Assembly: GCA_051362555.1 (NCBI GenBank)
Contig: CM120648.1
Location: 14,256,587-14,320,586 of the forward strand
Reading direction: 5' to 3'
DNA from: Lingula anatina
Lineage: Eukaryota; Animalia; Brachiopoda
DNA: 64,000 nt
Under the pieces are notes generated by a model. That model saw only the letters and a program-made list of their open reading frames with translations, had not been told where the DNA came from and did not search any database. The position numbers and the translations under genes are program-made. This document shows, one piece after another, positions 35,501 through 49,315 of this stretch (within the stretch, counting starts at the first letter, position 1; every line of letters begins with the position of its first letter).

Positions 35501-38500
35501 AAAAGTACTTTAAAAATCATGGACTCCGTCGCAACTATCGCAATCAGTGGGTCTTAAGGGTCCCGAAAGGTCCGTCTCAACTAACGCAATCGGAAAGTCA
35601 AAGCCGTCAAAATTGGCTCCGGTCCCTTTAAAAGTACTTTAAAAATCATGGACTCCGTCGCAACTAACGCAATCAGTGGGTCTTAAGGGTCCAGAAAGGT
35701 CCGTCTCAACTAACGCAATCGGAAAGTCAAAGCCGTCAAAATTGGCTTTAGTCCCTTTAAAAGTACTTTAAAAATCATGGACTCCGTCGCAACTATCGCA
35801 ATCAGTGGGTCTTAAGCGTCCCGAAAGGTCCGTCTCAACTAACGCAATCGGAAAGTCAAAGCCGTCAAAATTGGCTCCGGTCCCTTTAAAAGTACTTTAA
35901 AAATCATGGACTCCGTCGCAACTAACGCAATCAGTGGGTCTTAAGGGTCCCGAAAGGTCCGTCTCAACTAACGCAATCGGAAAGTCAAAGCCGTCAAAAT
36001 TGGCTTTAGTCCCTTTAAAAGTACTTTAAAAATCATGGACTCCGTCGCAACTAACGCAATCAGTGGGTCTTAAGGGTCCCGAAAGGTCCGTCTCAACTAA
36101 GGCAATCGGAAAGTCGAAGCCGTCAAAATTGTCTCTAGTCCCTTTAAAAGTACTTTAAAAATCATGGACTCCGTCGCAACTATCGCAATCAGTGGGTCTT
36201 AAGCGTCCCGAAAGGTCCGTCTCAACTAACGCAATCGGAAAGTCAAAGCCGTCAAAATTGGCTTTAGTCCCTTTAAAAGTACTTTAAAAATCATGGACTC
36301 CGTCGCAACTATCGCAATCAGTGGGTCTTAAGCGTCCCGAAAGGTCCGTCTCAACTAACGCAATCGGAAAGTCAAAGCCGTCAAAATTGGCTCCGGTCCC
36401 TTTAAAAGTACTTTAAAAATCATGGACTCCGTCGCAACTAACGCAATCAGTGGGTCTTAAGGGTCCAGAAAGGTCCGTCTCAACTAACGCAATCGGAAAG
36501 TCAAAGCCGTCAAAATTGGCTTTAGTCCCTTTAAAAGTACTTTAAAAATCATGGACTCCGTCGCAACTAACGCAATCAGTGGGTCTTAAGGGTCTTGAAA
36601 GGTCCGTCTCAACTAAGGCAATCGGAAAGTCGAAGCCGTCAAAATTGTCTCTAGTCCCTTTAAAAGTACTTTAAAAATCATGGACTCCGTCGCAACTATC
36701 GCAATCAGTGGGTCTTAAGCGTCCCGAAAGGTCCGTCTCAACTAACGCAATCGGAAAGTCAAAGCCGTCAAAATTGGCTTTACTCCCTTTAAAAGTACTT
36801 TAAAAATCATGGACTCCGTCGCAACTATCGCAATCAGTGGGTCTTAAGCGTCCCGAAAGGTCCGTCTCAACTAACGCAATTGGAAAGTCAAAGCCGTCAA
36901 AATTGTCTCTAGTCCCTTTAAAAGTACTTTAAAATCATGGACTCCGTCGCAACTATCGCAATCAGTGGGTCTTAAGCGTCCCGAAAGGTCCGTCTCAACT
37001 AACGCAATCGGAAAGTCGAAGCCGTCAAAATTGGCTCCGGTCCCTTTAAAAGTACTTTAAAAATCATGGACTCCGTCGCAACTAACGCAATCAGTGGGTC
37101 TTAAGGGTCCAGAAAGGTCCGTCTCAACTAACACAATCGGAAAGTCAAAGCCGTCAAAATTGGCTTTAGTCCCTTTAAAAGTACTTTAAAAATCATGGAC
37201 TCCGTCGCAACTAACGCAATCAGTGGGTCTTAAGCGTCCCGAAAGGTCCGTCTCAACTAACGCAATCGGAAAGTCGAAGCCGTCAAAATTGGCTCCGGTC
37301 CCTTTAAAAGTACTTTAAAAATCATGGACTCCGTCGCAACTAACGCAATCAGTGGGTCTTAAGGGTCCAGAAAGGTCCGTCTCAACTAACGCAATCGGAA
37401 AGTCAAAGCCGTCAAAATTGGCTTTAGTCCCTTTAAAAGTACTTTAAAAATCATGGACTCCGTCGCAACTAACGCAATCAGTGGGTCTTAAGCGTCCCGA
37501 AAGGTCCGTCTCAACTAATGCAATTGGAAAGTCGAAGCCGTCAAAATTGGCTCCGGTCCCTTTAAAAGTACTATAAAAATCATGGACTCCGTCGCAACTA
37601 TCGCAATCAGTGGGTCTTAAGGGTTCAGAAAGGTCCGTCTCAACTAATGCAATCGGAAAGTCAAAGCCGTCAAAATTGGCTTTAGTCCCTTTAAAAGTAC
37701 TTTAAAAATCATGGACTCCGTCGCAACTAACGCAATCAGTGGGTCTTAAGCGTCCCGAAAGGTCCGTCTCAACTAACGCAATCGGAAAGTCGACGCCATC
37801 AATATTGGCTCCAGTCCCTTTAAAAGTACTTTAAAAATCATGGACTCCGTGGCAACTATCGCAATCAGTGGGTCTTAAGCGTCCCGAAAGGTCCGTCTCA
37901 ACTAACGCAATCGAAAAGTCGAAGCCGTCAAAATTGTCTCTAGTCCCTTTAAAAGTACTTTAAAAATCATGGACTCCGTCGCAACTATCGCAATCAGTGG
38001 GTCTTAAGGGTCCCGAAAGGTCCGTCTCAACTAACGCAATCGGAAAGTCAAAGCCGTCAAAATTGGCTCCGGTCCCTTTAAAAGTACTTTAAAAATCATG
38101 GACTCCGTCGCAACTAACGCAATCAGTGGGTCTTAAGGGTCCAGAAAGGTCCGTCTCAACTAACGCAATCGGAAAGTCAAAGCCGTCAAAATTGGCTTTA
38201 GTCCCTTTAAAAGTACTTTAAAAATCATGGACTCCGTCGCAACTATCGCAATCAGTGGGTCTTAAGCGTCCCGAAAGGTCCGTCTCAACTAACGCAATCG
38301 GAAAGTCAAAGCCGTCAAAATTGGCTCCGGTCCCTTTAAAAGTACTTTAAAAATCATGGACTCCGTCGCAACTAACGCAATCAGTGGGTCTTAAGGGTCC
38401 CGAAAGGTCCGTCTCAACTAACGCAATCGGAAAGTCAAAGCCGTCAAAATTGGCTTTAGTCCCTTTAAAAGTACTTTAAAAATCATGGACTCCGTCGCAA

Positions 38501-41500
38501 CTAACGCAATCAGTGGGTCTTAAGGGTCCCGAAAGGTCCGTCTCAACTAAGGCAATCGGAAAGTCGAAGCCGTCAAAATTGTCTCTAGTCCCTTTAAAAG
38601 TACTTTAAAAATCATGGACTCCGTCGCAACTATCGCAATCAGTGGGTCTTAAGCGTCCCGAAAGGTCCGTCTCAACTAACGCAATCGGAAAGTCAAAGCC
38701 GTCAAAATTGGCTTTAGTCCCTTTAAAAGTACTTTAAAAATCATGGACTCCGTCGCAACTATCGCAATCAGTGGGTCTTAAGCGTCCCGAAAGGTCCGTC
38801 TCAACTAACGCAATCGGAAAGTCAAAGCCGTCAAAATTGGCTCCGGTCCCTTTAAAAGTACTTTAAAAATCATGGACTCCGTCGCAACTAACGCAATCAG
38901 TGGGTCTTAAGGGTCCAGAAAGGTCCGTCTCAACTAACGCAATCGGAAAGTCAAAGCCGTCAAAATTGGCTTTAGTCCCTTTAAAAGTACTTTAAAAATC
39001 ATGGACTCCGTCGCAACTAACGCAATCAGTGGGTCTTAAGGGTCTTGAAAGGTCCGTCTCAACTAAGGCAATCGGAAAGTCGAAGCCGTCAAAATTGTCT
39101 CTAGTCCCTTTAAAAGTACTTTAAAAATCATGGACTCCGTCGCAACTATCGCAATCAGTGGGTCTTAAGCGTCCCGAAAGGTCCGTCTCAACTAACGCAA
39201 TCGGAAAGTCAAAGCCGTCAAAATTGGCTTTACTCCCTTTAAAAGTACTTTAAAAATCATGGACTCCGTCGCAACTATCGCAATCAGTGGGTCTTAAGCG
39301 TCCCGAAAGGTCCGTCTCAACTAACGCAATTGGAAAGTCAAAGCCGTCAAAATTGTCTCTAGTCCCTTTAAAAGTACTTTAAAATCATGGACTCCGTCGC
39401 AACTATCGCAATCAGTGGGTCTTAAGCGTCCCGAAAGGTCCGTCTCAACTAACGCAATCGGAAAGTCGAAGCCGTCAAAATTGGCTCCGGTCCCTTTAAA
39501 AGTACTTTAAAAATCATGGACTCCGTCGCAACTAACGCAATCAGTGGGTCTTAAGGGTCCAGAAAGGTCCGTCTCAACTAACACAATCGGAAAGTCAAAG
39601 CCGTCAAAATTGGCTTTAGTCCCTTTAAAAGTACTTTAAAAATCATGGACTCCGTCGCAACTAACGCAATCAGTGGGTCTTAAGCGTCCCGAAAGGTCCG
39701 TCTCAACTAACGCAATCGGAAAGTCGAAGCCGTCAAAATTGGCTCCGGTCCCTTTAAAAGTACTTTAAAAATCATGGACTCCGTCGCAACTAACGCAATC
39801 AGTGGGTCTTAAGGGTCCAGAAAGGTCCGTCTCAACTAACGCAATCGGAAAGTCAAAGCCGTCAAAATTGGCTTTAGTCCCTTTAAAAGTACTTTAAAAA
39901 TCATGGACTCCGTCGCAACTAACGCAATCAGTGGGTCTTAAGCGTCCCGAAAGGTCCGTCTCAACTAACGCAATCGGAAAGTCGAAGCCGTCAAAATTGG
40001 CTCCGGTCCCTTTAAAAGTACTTTAAAAATCATGGACTCCGTCGCAACTAACGCAATCAGTGGGTCTTAAGGGTCCAGAAAGGTCCGTCTCAACTAACAC
40101 AATCGGAAAGTCAAAGCCGTCAAAATTGGCTTTAGTCCCTTTAAAAGTACTTTAAAAATCATGGACTCCGTCGCAACTAACGCAATCAGTAGGTCTTAAG
40201 GGTCCCGAAAGGTCCGTCTCAACTAACGCAATCGGAAAGTCGAAGCCGTCAAAATTGTCTCTAGTCCCTTTAAAAGTACTTTAAAAATCATGGACTCCGT
40301 CGCAACTATCGCAATCAGTGGGTCTTAAGCGTCCCGAAAGGTCCGTCTCAACTAACGCAATCGGAAAGTCAAAGCCGTCAAAATTGGCTCCGGTCCCTTT
40401 AAAAGTACTGTAAAAATCATGGACTCCGTCGCAACTATCGCAATCAGTGGGTCTTAAGGGTTCAGAAAGGTCCGTCTCAACTAACGCAATCGGAAAGTCG
40501 AAGCCGTCAAAATTGGCTCCGGTCCCTTTAAAAGTACTGTAAAAATCATGGACTCCGTCGCAACTATCGCAATCAGTGGGTCTTAAGCGTCCCGAAAGGT
40601 CCGTCTCAACTAACGCAATCGGAAAGTCAAAGCCATCAAAATTGGCTCCAGTCCCTTTAAAAGTACTTTAAAAATCATGGACTCCGTCGCAACTAACGCA
40701 ATCAGTGGGTCTTAAGGGTCCCGCAAGGTCCGTCTCAAGTAACGCAATCGGAAAGTCGAAGCCGTCAAAATTGGCTCCAGTCCCTTTAAAAGTACTTTTA
40801 AAATCATGGACTCCATCGCAACTAACGCAATCAGTGGGTCTTAAGCGTCCCGAAAGGTCCGTCTCAACTAACGCAATCGGAAGGTCGAAGCCGTCAAAAT
40901 TGGCTCCGGTCCCTTTAAAAGTACTTTAAAAATCATGGACTCCGTCGCAACTAACGCAATCAGTGGGTCTTAAGGGTCCAGAAAGGTCCGTCTCAACTAA
41001 CGCAATCGGAAAGTCAAAGCCGTCAAAATTGGCTTTAGTCCCTTTAAAAGTACTTTAAAAATCATGGACTCCGTCGCAACTATCGCAATCAGTGGGTCTT
41101 AAGCGTCCCGAAAGGTCCGTCTCAACTAACGCAATCGGAAAGTCAAAGCCGTCAAAATTGGCTCTAGTCCCATTAAAAGTACTTTAAAAATCATGGACTC
41201 CGTCGCAACTATCGCAATCAGTGGGTCTTAAGGGTCCCGAAAGGTCCGTCTCAACTAAGGCAATCGGAAAGTCGAAGCTGTCAAAATTGTCTCTAGTCCC
41301 TTTAAAAGTACTTTAAAAATCATGGACTCCATCGCAACTATCGCAATCAGTGGGTCTTAAGCGTCCCGAAAGGTCCGTCTCAACTAATGCAATTGGAAAG
41401 TCGAAGCCGTCAAAATTGGCTCCGGTCCCTTTAAAAGTACTATAAAAATCATGGACTCCGTCGCAACTATCGCAATCAGTGGGTCTTAAGGGTTCAGAAA

Positions 41501-44500
41501 GGTCCGTCTCAACTAATGCAATCGGAAAGTCAAAGCCGTCAAAATTGGCTTTAGTCCCTTTAAAAGTACTTTAAAAATCATGGACTCCGTCGCAACTAAC
41601 GCAATCAGTGGGTCTTAAGCGTCCCGAAAGGTCCGTCTCAACTAACGCAATCGGAAAGTCGACGCCATCAATATTGGCTCCAGTCCCTTTAAAAGTACTT
41701 TAAAAATCATGGACTCCGTGGCAACTATCGCAATCAGTGGGTCTTAAGCGTCCCGAAAGGTCCGTCTCAACTAACGCAATCGAAAAGTCGAAGCCGTCAA
41801 AATTGTCTCTAGTCCCTTTAAAAGTACTTTAAAAATCATGGACTCCGTCGCAACTATCGCAATCAGTGGGTCTTAAGGGTCCCGAAAGGTCCGTCTCAAC
41901 TAACGCAATCGGAAAGTCAAAGCCGTCAAAATTGGCTCCGGTCCCTTTAAAAGTACTTTAAAAATCATGGACTCCGTCGCAACTAACGCAATCAGTGGGT
42001 CTTAAGGGTCCAGAAAGGTCCGTCTCAACTAACGCAATCGGAAAGTCAAAGCCGTCAAAATTGGCTTTAGTCCCTTTAAAAGTACTTTAAAAATCATGGA
42101 CTCCGTCGCAACTATCGCAATCAGTGGGTCTTAAGCGTCCCGAAAGGTCCGTCTCAACTAACGCAATCGGAAAGTCAAAGCCGTCAAAATTGGCTCCGGT
42201 CCCTTTAAAAGTACTTTAAAAATCATGGACTCCGTCGCAACTAACGCAATCAGTGGGTCTTAAGGGTCCCGAAAGGTCCGTCTCAACTAACGCAATCGGA
42301 AAGTCAAAGCCGTCAAAATTGGCTTTAGTCCCTTTAAAAGTACTTTAAAAATCATGGACTCCGTCGCAACTAACGCAATCAGTGGGTCTTAAGGGTCCCG
42401 AAAGGTCCGTCTCAACTAAGGCAATCGGAAAGTCGAAGCCGTCAAAATTGTCTCTAGTCCCTTTAAAAGTACTTTAAAAATCATGGACTCCGTCGCAACT
42501 ATCGCAATCAGTGGGTCTTAAGCGTCCCGAAAGGTCCGTCTCAACTAACGCAATCGGAAAGTCAAAGCCGTCAAAATTGGCTTTAGTCCCTTTAAAAGTA
42601 CTTTAAAAATCATGGACTCCGTCGCAACTATCGCAATCAGTGGGTCTTAAGCGTCCCGAAAGGTCCGTCTCAACTAACGCAATCGGAAAGTCAAAGCCGT
42701 CAAAATTGGCTCCGGTCCCTTTAAAAGTACTTTAAAAATCATGGACTCCGTCGCAACTAACGCAATCAGTGGGTCTTAAGGGTCCAGAAAGGTCCGTCTC
42801 AACTAACGCAATCGGAAAGTCAAAGCCGTCAAAATTGGCTTTAGTCCCTTTAAAAGTACTTTAAAAATCATGGACTCCGTCGCAACTAACGCAATCAGTG
42901 GGTCTTAAGGGTCTTGAAAGGTCCGTCTCAACTAAGGCAATCGGAAAGTCGAAGCCGTCAAAATTGTCTCTAGTCCCTTTAAAAGTACTTTAAAAATCAT
43001 GGACTCCGTCGCAACTATCGCAATCAGTGGGTCTTAAGCGTCCCGAAAGGTCCGTCTCAACTAACGCAATCGGAAAGTCAAAGCCGTCAAAATTGGCTTT
43101 ACTCCCTTTAAAAGTACTTTAAAAATCATGGACTCCGTCGCAACTATCGCAATCAGTGGGTCTTAAGCGTCCCGAAAGGTCCGTCTCAACTAACGCAATT
43201 GGAAAGTCAAAGCCGTCAAAATTGTCTCTAGTCCCTTTAAAAGTACTTTAAAATCATGGACTCCGTCGCAACTATCGCAATCAGTGGGTCTTAAGCGTCC
43301 CGAAAGGTCCGTCTCAACTAACGCAATCGGAAAGTCGAAGCCGTCAAAATTGGCTCCGGTCCCTTTAAAAGTACTTTAAAAATCATGGACTCCGTCGCAA
43401 CTAACGCAATCAGTGGGTCTTAAGGGTCCAGAAAGGTCCGTCTCAACTAACACAATCGGAAAGTCAAAGCCGTCAAAATTGGCTTTAGTCCCTTTAAAAG
43501 TACTTTAAAAATCATGGACTCCGTCGCAACTAACGCAATCAGTGGGTCTTAAGCGTCCCGAAAGGTCCGTCTCAACTAACGCAATCGGAAAGTCGAAGCC
43601 GTCAAAATTGGCTCCGGTCCCTTTAAAAGTACTTTAAAAATCATGGACTCCGTCGCAACTAACGCAATCAGTGGGTCTTAAGGGTCCAGAAAGGTCCGTC
43701 TCAACTAACGCAATCGGAAAGTCAAAGCCGTCAAAATTGGCTTTAGTCCCTTTAAAAGTACTTTAAAAATCATGGACTCCGTCGCAACTAACGCAATCAG
43801 TGGGTCTTAAGCGTCCCGAAAGGTCCGTCTCAACTAACGCAATCGGAAAGTCGAAGCCGTCAAAATTGGCTCCGGTCCCTTTAAAAGTACTTTAAAAATC
43901 ATGGACTCCGTCGCAACTAACGCAATCAGTGGGTCTTAAGGGTCCAGAAAGGTCCGTCTCAACTAACACAATCGGAAAGTCAAAGCCGTCAAAATTGGCT
44001 TTAGTCCCTTTAAAAGTACTTTAAAAATCATGGACTCCGTCGCAACTAACGCAATCAGTAGGTCTTAAGGGTCCCGAAAGGTCCGTCTCAACTAACGCAA
44101 TCGGAAAGTCGAAGCCGTCAAAATTGTCTCTAGTCCCTTTAAAAGTACTTTAAAAATCATGGACTCCGTCGCAACTATCGCAATCAGTGGGTCTTAAGCG
44201 TCCCGAAAGGTCCGTCTCAACTAACGCAATCGGAAAGTCAAAGCCGTCAAAATTGGCTCCGGTCCCTTTAAAAGTACTGTAAAAATCATGGACTCCGTCG
44301 CAACTATCGCAATCAGTGGGTCTTAAGGGTTCAGAAAGGTCCGTCTCAACTAACGCAATCGGAAAGTCGAAGCCGTCAAAATTGGCTCCGGTCCCTTTAA
44401 AAGTACTGTAAAAATCATGGACTCCGTCGCAACTATCGCAATCAGTGGGTCTTAAGCGTCCCGAAAGGTCCGTCTCAACTAACGCAATCGGAAAGTCAAA

Positions 44501-45960
44501 GCCATCAAAATTGGCTCCAGTCCCTTTAAAAGTACTTTAAAAATCATGGACTCCGTCGCAACTAACGCAATCAGTGGGTCTTAAGGGTCCCGCAAGGTCC
44601 GTCTCAAGTAACGCAATCGGAAAGTCGAAGCCGTCAAAATTGGCTCCAGTCCCTTTAAAAGTACTTTTAAAATCATGGACTCCATCGCAACTAACGCAAT
44701 CAGTGGGTCTTAAGCGTCCCGAAAGGTCCGTCTCAACTAACGCAATCGGAAGGTCGAAGCCGTCAAAATTGGCTCCGGTCCCTTTAAAAGTACTTTAAAA
44801 ATCATGGACTCCGTCGCAACTAACGCAATCAGTGGGTCTTAAGGGTCCAGAAAGGTCCGTCTCAACTAACGCAATCGGAAAGTCAAAGCCGTCAAAATTG
44901 GCTTTAGTCCCTTTAAAAGTACTTTAAAAATCATGGACTCCGTCGCAACTATCGCAATCAGTGGGTCTTAAGCGTCCCGAAAGGTCCGTCTCAACTAACG
45001 CAATCGGAAAGTCAAAGCCGTCAAAATTGGCTCTAGTCCCATTAAAAGTACTTTAAAAATCATGGACTCCGTCGCAACTATCGCAATCAGTGGGTCTTAA
45101 GGGTCCCGAAAGGTCCGTCTCAACTAAGGCAATCGGAAAGTCGAAGCTGTCAAAATTGTCTCTAGTCCCTTTAAAAGTACTTTAAAAATCATGGACTCCA
45201 TCGCAACTATCGCAATCAGTGGGTCTTAAGCGTCCCGAAAGGTCCGTCTCAACTAATGCAATTGGAAAGTCGAAGCCGTCAAAATTGGCTCCGGTCCCTT
45301 TAAAAGTACTATAAAAATCATGGACTCCGTCGCAACTATCGCAATCAGTGGGTCTTAAGGGTTCAGAAAGGTCCGTCTCAACTAATGCAATCGGAAAGTC
45401 AAAGCCGTCAAAATTGGCTTTAGTCCCTTTAAAAGTACTTTAAAAATCATGGACTCCGTCGCAACTAACGCAATCAGTGGGTCTTAAGCGTCCCGAAAGG
45501 TCCGTCTCAACTAACGCAATCGGAAAGTCGACGCCATCAATATTGGCTCCAGTCCCTTTAAAAGTACTTTAAAAATCATGGACTCCGTGGCAACTATCGC
45601 AATCAGTGGGTCTTAAGCGTCCCGAAAGGTCCGTCTCAACTAACGCAATCGAAAAGTCGAAGCCGTCAAAATTGTCTCTAGTCCCTTTAAAAGTACTTTA
45701 AAAATCATGGACTCCGTCGCAACTATCGCAATCAGTGGGTCTTAAGGGTCCCGAAAGGTCCGTCTCAACTAAGGCAATCGGAAAGTCGAAGCCGTCAAAA
45801 TTGTTTCTAGTCCCTTTAAAAGTACTTTAAAAATCATGGACTCCGTCGCAACTATCGCAATCAGTGGGTCTTAAGGGTCCAGAAAGGTCCGTCTCAACTA
45901 ACGCAATCGGAAAGTCAAAGCCGTCAAAATTGGCTTTAGTCCCTTTAAAAGTACTTTAAA
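23574..45960 (-). repeat. 129-bp satellite array, right, inverted (~173 monomers) with a 30-mer HOR
   Basis: Reverse complement of the left monomer. The rare variant TACTCCC occurs at 25561, 29430, 33299, 36781, 39231 and 43100. Confidence 0.99.
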
Positions 45961-46514
45961 ATTTCTGGAATCTGTCCACCTGTAGTAATACAGACAGTCC
46001 TTCTGTTCTCTATGGCAGTTTAAAGACAAAACTGTGGTACCTCCAGCACTCATACTGGTGGTACAATAAAATATCAATTCAATATTAGATATAAAAATCA
46101 TTATCAAATATTATCTCAAGTGCCAATGAATTCAATATATTTGGAACATATAAAAATCAATATACCACTGATGTGATAATAATAAATGAGAAGGCAATCA
46201 TTTTCTGGAGAATTGGCCATATTTTAAAAAATGACTTTTTTTCTGGTCTTCTGAGTGAATAAAAAATTGTCACACATCTGAAGGATTCAATGTAAAAGAG
46301 GCAGGTATTTATTAACTAGACAAGTAGCGACTGACAAGCAATGTCATCTCAAAACATTCAGACACTTACTGTCACTAGTGCAGTACCCATCATGGACACT
46401 CACATATAGATCAAATATGGCAAAAGTAGCAAAACTTTAGGGAAAAACATAAAGGACAAATAATGTAGGTAAAACAAATGTTGGTTTGTACTTGTTATAA
46501 ATAAATAAATAAAT

Positions 46515-49315
46515 AAACTAGATGGTGTCAATTTGGTAGTCATCACATATCCCCGCACTTCTTCACTTTACAAAGATGAAAAGAACTTAGAATTACACTT
46601 CCTGTAAGGACAGCCCTAGTGCAATAAAGTTCCCTGAAGATAGGCCTAACAATCAGCAAATCATCACCTTTCTAAAACTTATGGTTCAGCACCAATATCA
46701 TTTTAGAATCAACAACCCCCAGGGACAGCCCAACCCCCAGGCATTATAAAATTATGAAGTGCCCATGCCCATTTCTGTTGACAGGTCTACCAATCACCTA
46801 AGTGTAAACTTCCTAACTCTAATGGTCTAGGAGGAGATAACACTAATTATAATGTGAAAAGAATGCAGAATCAACCACCCCTAGGGACTGCCCAATCCCC
46901 TACTTTAGATCGACATAACTCCCTGGGGGTTCACACTAAATAGCTGTCAGCCGAGCGAACACGAAAGTTAATTACCCTCTTACAGCTTGTAGTAGGCGGT
47001 ACGGACATTTAAGCCAGATTATCTGACAGTAATCTAGTGAGACTCCCCGCGGGGATAGATTGATCTAAAAGCTCTGGGAATACAGCCTAAGAGACAACAG
47101 AAATCACAATATGAAAATAATTCAGAATCTACCCCTCCCCCCATCCCCAAAGAATAGCCGAGCTCCCTGTTGCACTAAATTTCTAAAATGCCCATGCACA
47201 TCCCTGATGACAGCTTTACAAATCACTAAAGTTTTATCTACCACTATGAAAAGTATTTAGAATCAACCAAACACCCAGGGAACAGTTTAACCCCATGATG
47301 CACTAAAATTCTGAAATGCCAACGCCCATCCCTGTTAACACCTTTAACTATCACTAAAGTTTCAACTTCATAAGTCTAACAGTCTAGGAGGAGATAGTGG
47401 AAAGTACACTGTAAAAAGAATTGAGAATCAACCCACACCTGAGGGGCAGTCCAACCCCCAGGCATGATTAAATTTTAAAGTGCCTATGCACATCCCTGAA
47501 AAAAGTTCAACCAATCACCAAAAATTCAACTACTCAACTCACAGAAAATACAAAGTAAAAAGAATTTAGATTCCCCCCCCCCCCCCCAGGACAACTCAAC
47601 CCTATGTTTGTTATACTAAAATTCAACCCTATGTTTGTTATACTAAAATTCCAAATTGCCCATGTACATCCCTGACAACAGTTCAACCAATCACCAAAGT
47701 TTCAACTACCTAAGTCAAATGGTCTAGGAGATAGCGGAAATTACAAAAAGGAAAGAATTCAGGATCCCCCCCAGGGACAGCCCACCCCCTCCCTGATTCA
47801 CTTAAATTTCAAAATGCCAACACCCATCTCTGATGACAGCTTTACCCATCACCAAAGATTCAATTTCTCAATTCATATGGTCTAGGGGGAGATAGGGCAA
47901 ATTTTAATGTGAAAAGGATTCAGAATCAACCACTCCCCAAGGACAGCCCAACCCCCTATTGTACTAATTCCGAAATGTCCATACACATCCTTGAGGCCAC
48001 GTCTACCAACCACCACAGTTTCAACTTCCTAAGTCTAACAGTCTACAAGGAGATAGCCAAAAGTACAATGTTAAAAGTACCATGTGAAAAGAATTAAGAA
48101 TCTCTCTCTCTTTCTCTCTCTCCCCCCCCTTCCGGGACAGCCCAGCCGCCTGTTGCACTAAATTTCATGTACATGTATCCAGCTTTATCCATTGCCAAAT
48201 GTTCAACTTCCTAACTATTATGATCTAGTGGGAGATAGGGCAAGTTATAATGTGAAAAGAATTCATAATCAACCAAACCCCCTAGGGGCAGCCCAACACC
48301 CTCAGTGACAGGAATATACATAGACACAAGCATTGTCTGTAATAATAAACAACTCACATGGGGAAAGAGTATATAACTGCCAGAAAAATTTCCCAGTCCG
48401 GCTGGTATTTGAGGTTGAGCTATATTTTATAGCTAGATGGTGTCGACGGGTAGCCATCACATATCCCCCCATTTCCCCATATTATCAAGAGCAGCTCACC
48501 CCTAGGGACCATTTACTACAAACACACGTACACAAGCATGTACGCACACACATACAGACACATCACTGCTTCATCCAAAGGTATTTAAAAACATAAATGT
48601 AAAAATATCTACATTGTTAAAAGAATTTAGAATCAACCAACCCCCAGGGACAGCCCAACCCCCTGTTGCACTAACATTCAAAAGTGCCCATGCACATCTC
48701 TGATGATGGGTAGACTAATCACCAAAGTTTCAACTTCCTACCTGTAATGGTCAAGGAAAAAATAGCAGAAACCACAATGTGAAAAGAATTCAGAATCAAC
48801 CACCCCCAGGGACAGCCCAACACCCTGTGGCACTAAAATTCTAAAGTGCCCATGCACATCCCTGAAGAAGGGTCTACCAATTCCCAAAGTTTCAACTTCC
48901 TACCTGCAATGGTCTAGGAGCAGATAGCAGAAATTACATTGCCATAAGAATTTAGAATCAACCCCCCCCCCCCCCCAGGATACAGCCCAACCTGTTGCAC
49001 TAAAATTCTTAAGTGCTTATGCACCTCCCTGATGATGGGTAAACTATTCACCAAAGTTTCACCTTCCTAACTCTGATGGTTTAGGAAGAGATAGCAGAAA
49101 TTTCAATGTGATAAAAATTTAGAATCAACCACCCCCCGGGGACAGCCAAACACCCTGAGGCACTAATATCCCAAAGTGCCCATGCACATCCCTGATGATG
49201 GGTCTACCAATTCCCAAAGTTTCAGTTTCTTAACTTTAATGGTCTAGGAGGAGATAGCAAAAATTACAATGTGAAAAGAATTTAGAATCAACCCCCCCCC
49301 CCCCCCGCCCCCATT
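46515..49315 (-). repeat. Mirror copy of the ~162-bp degenerate tandem repeat
   Basis: Reverse complement of ~5270-7985. Confidence 0.85.
46901..47087. mobile_element. Truncated PIF/Harbinger-like MITE, present only in the right arm
   Basis: Homologous to ~61831-62016. Ends GGGAATACAGCC followed by TAA, which matches host TTA at 7511-7513 in the left arm. Confidence 0.75.

Noticed and set aside
27035-44798. Five identical 74-aa ORFs, plus 9037..9258 and 9080..9295
   Set aside because: Translations of satellite monomers where one variant removes a stop codon; useful only as HOR markers.
9066-45960. CRISPR-like array (21-bp repeat with spacers)
   Set aside because: The intervening sequences are invariant rather than unique, there are no cas genes, and the context is eukaryotic.
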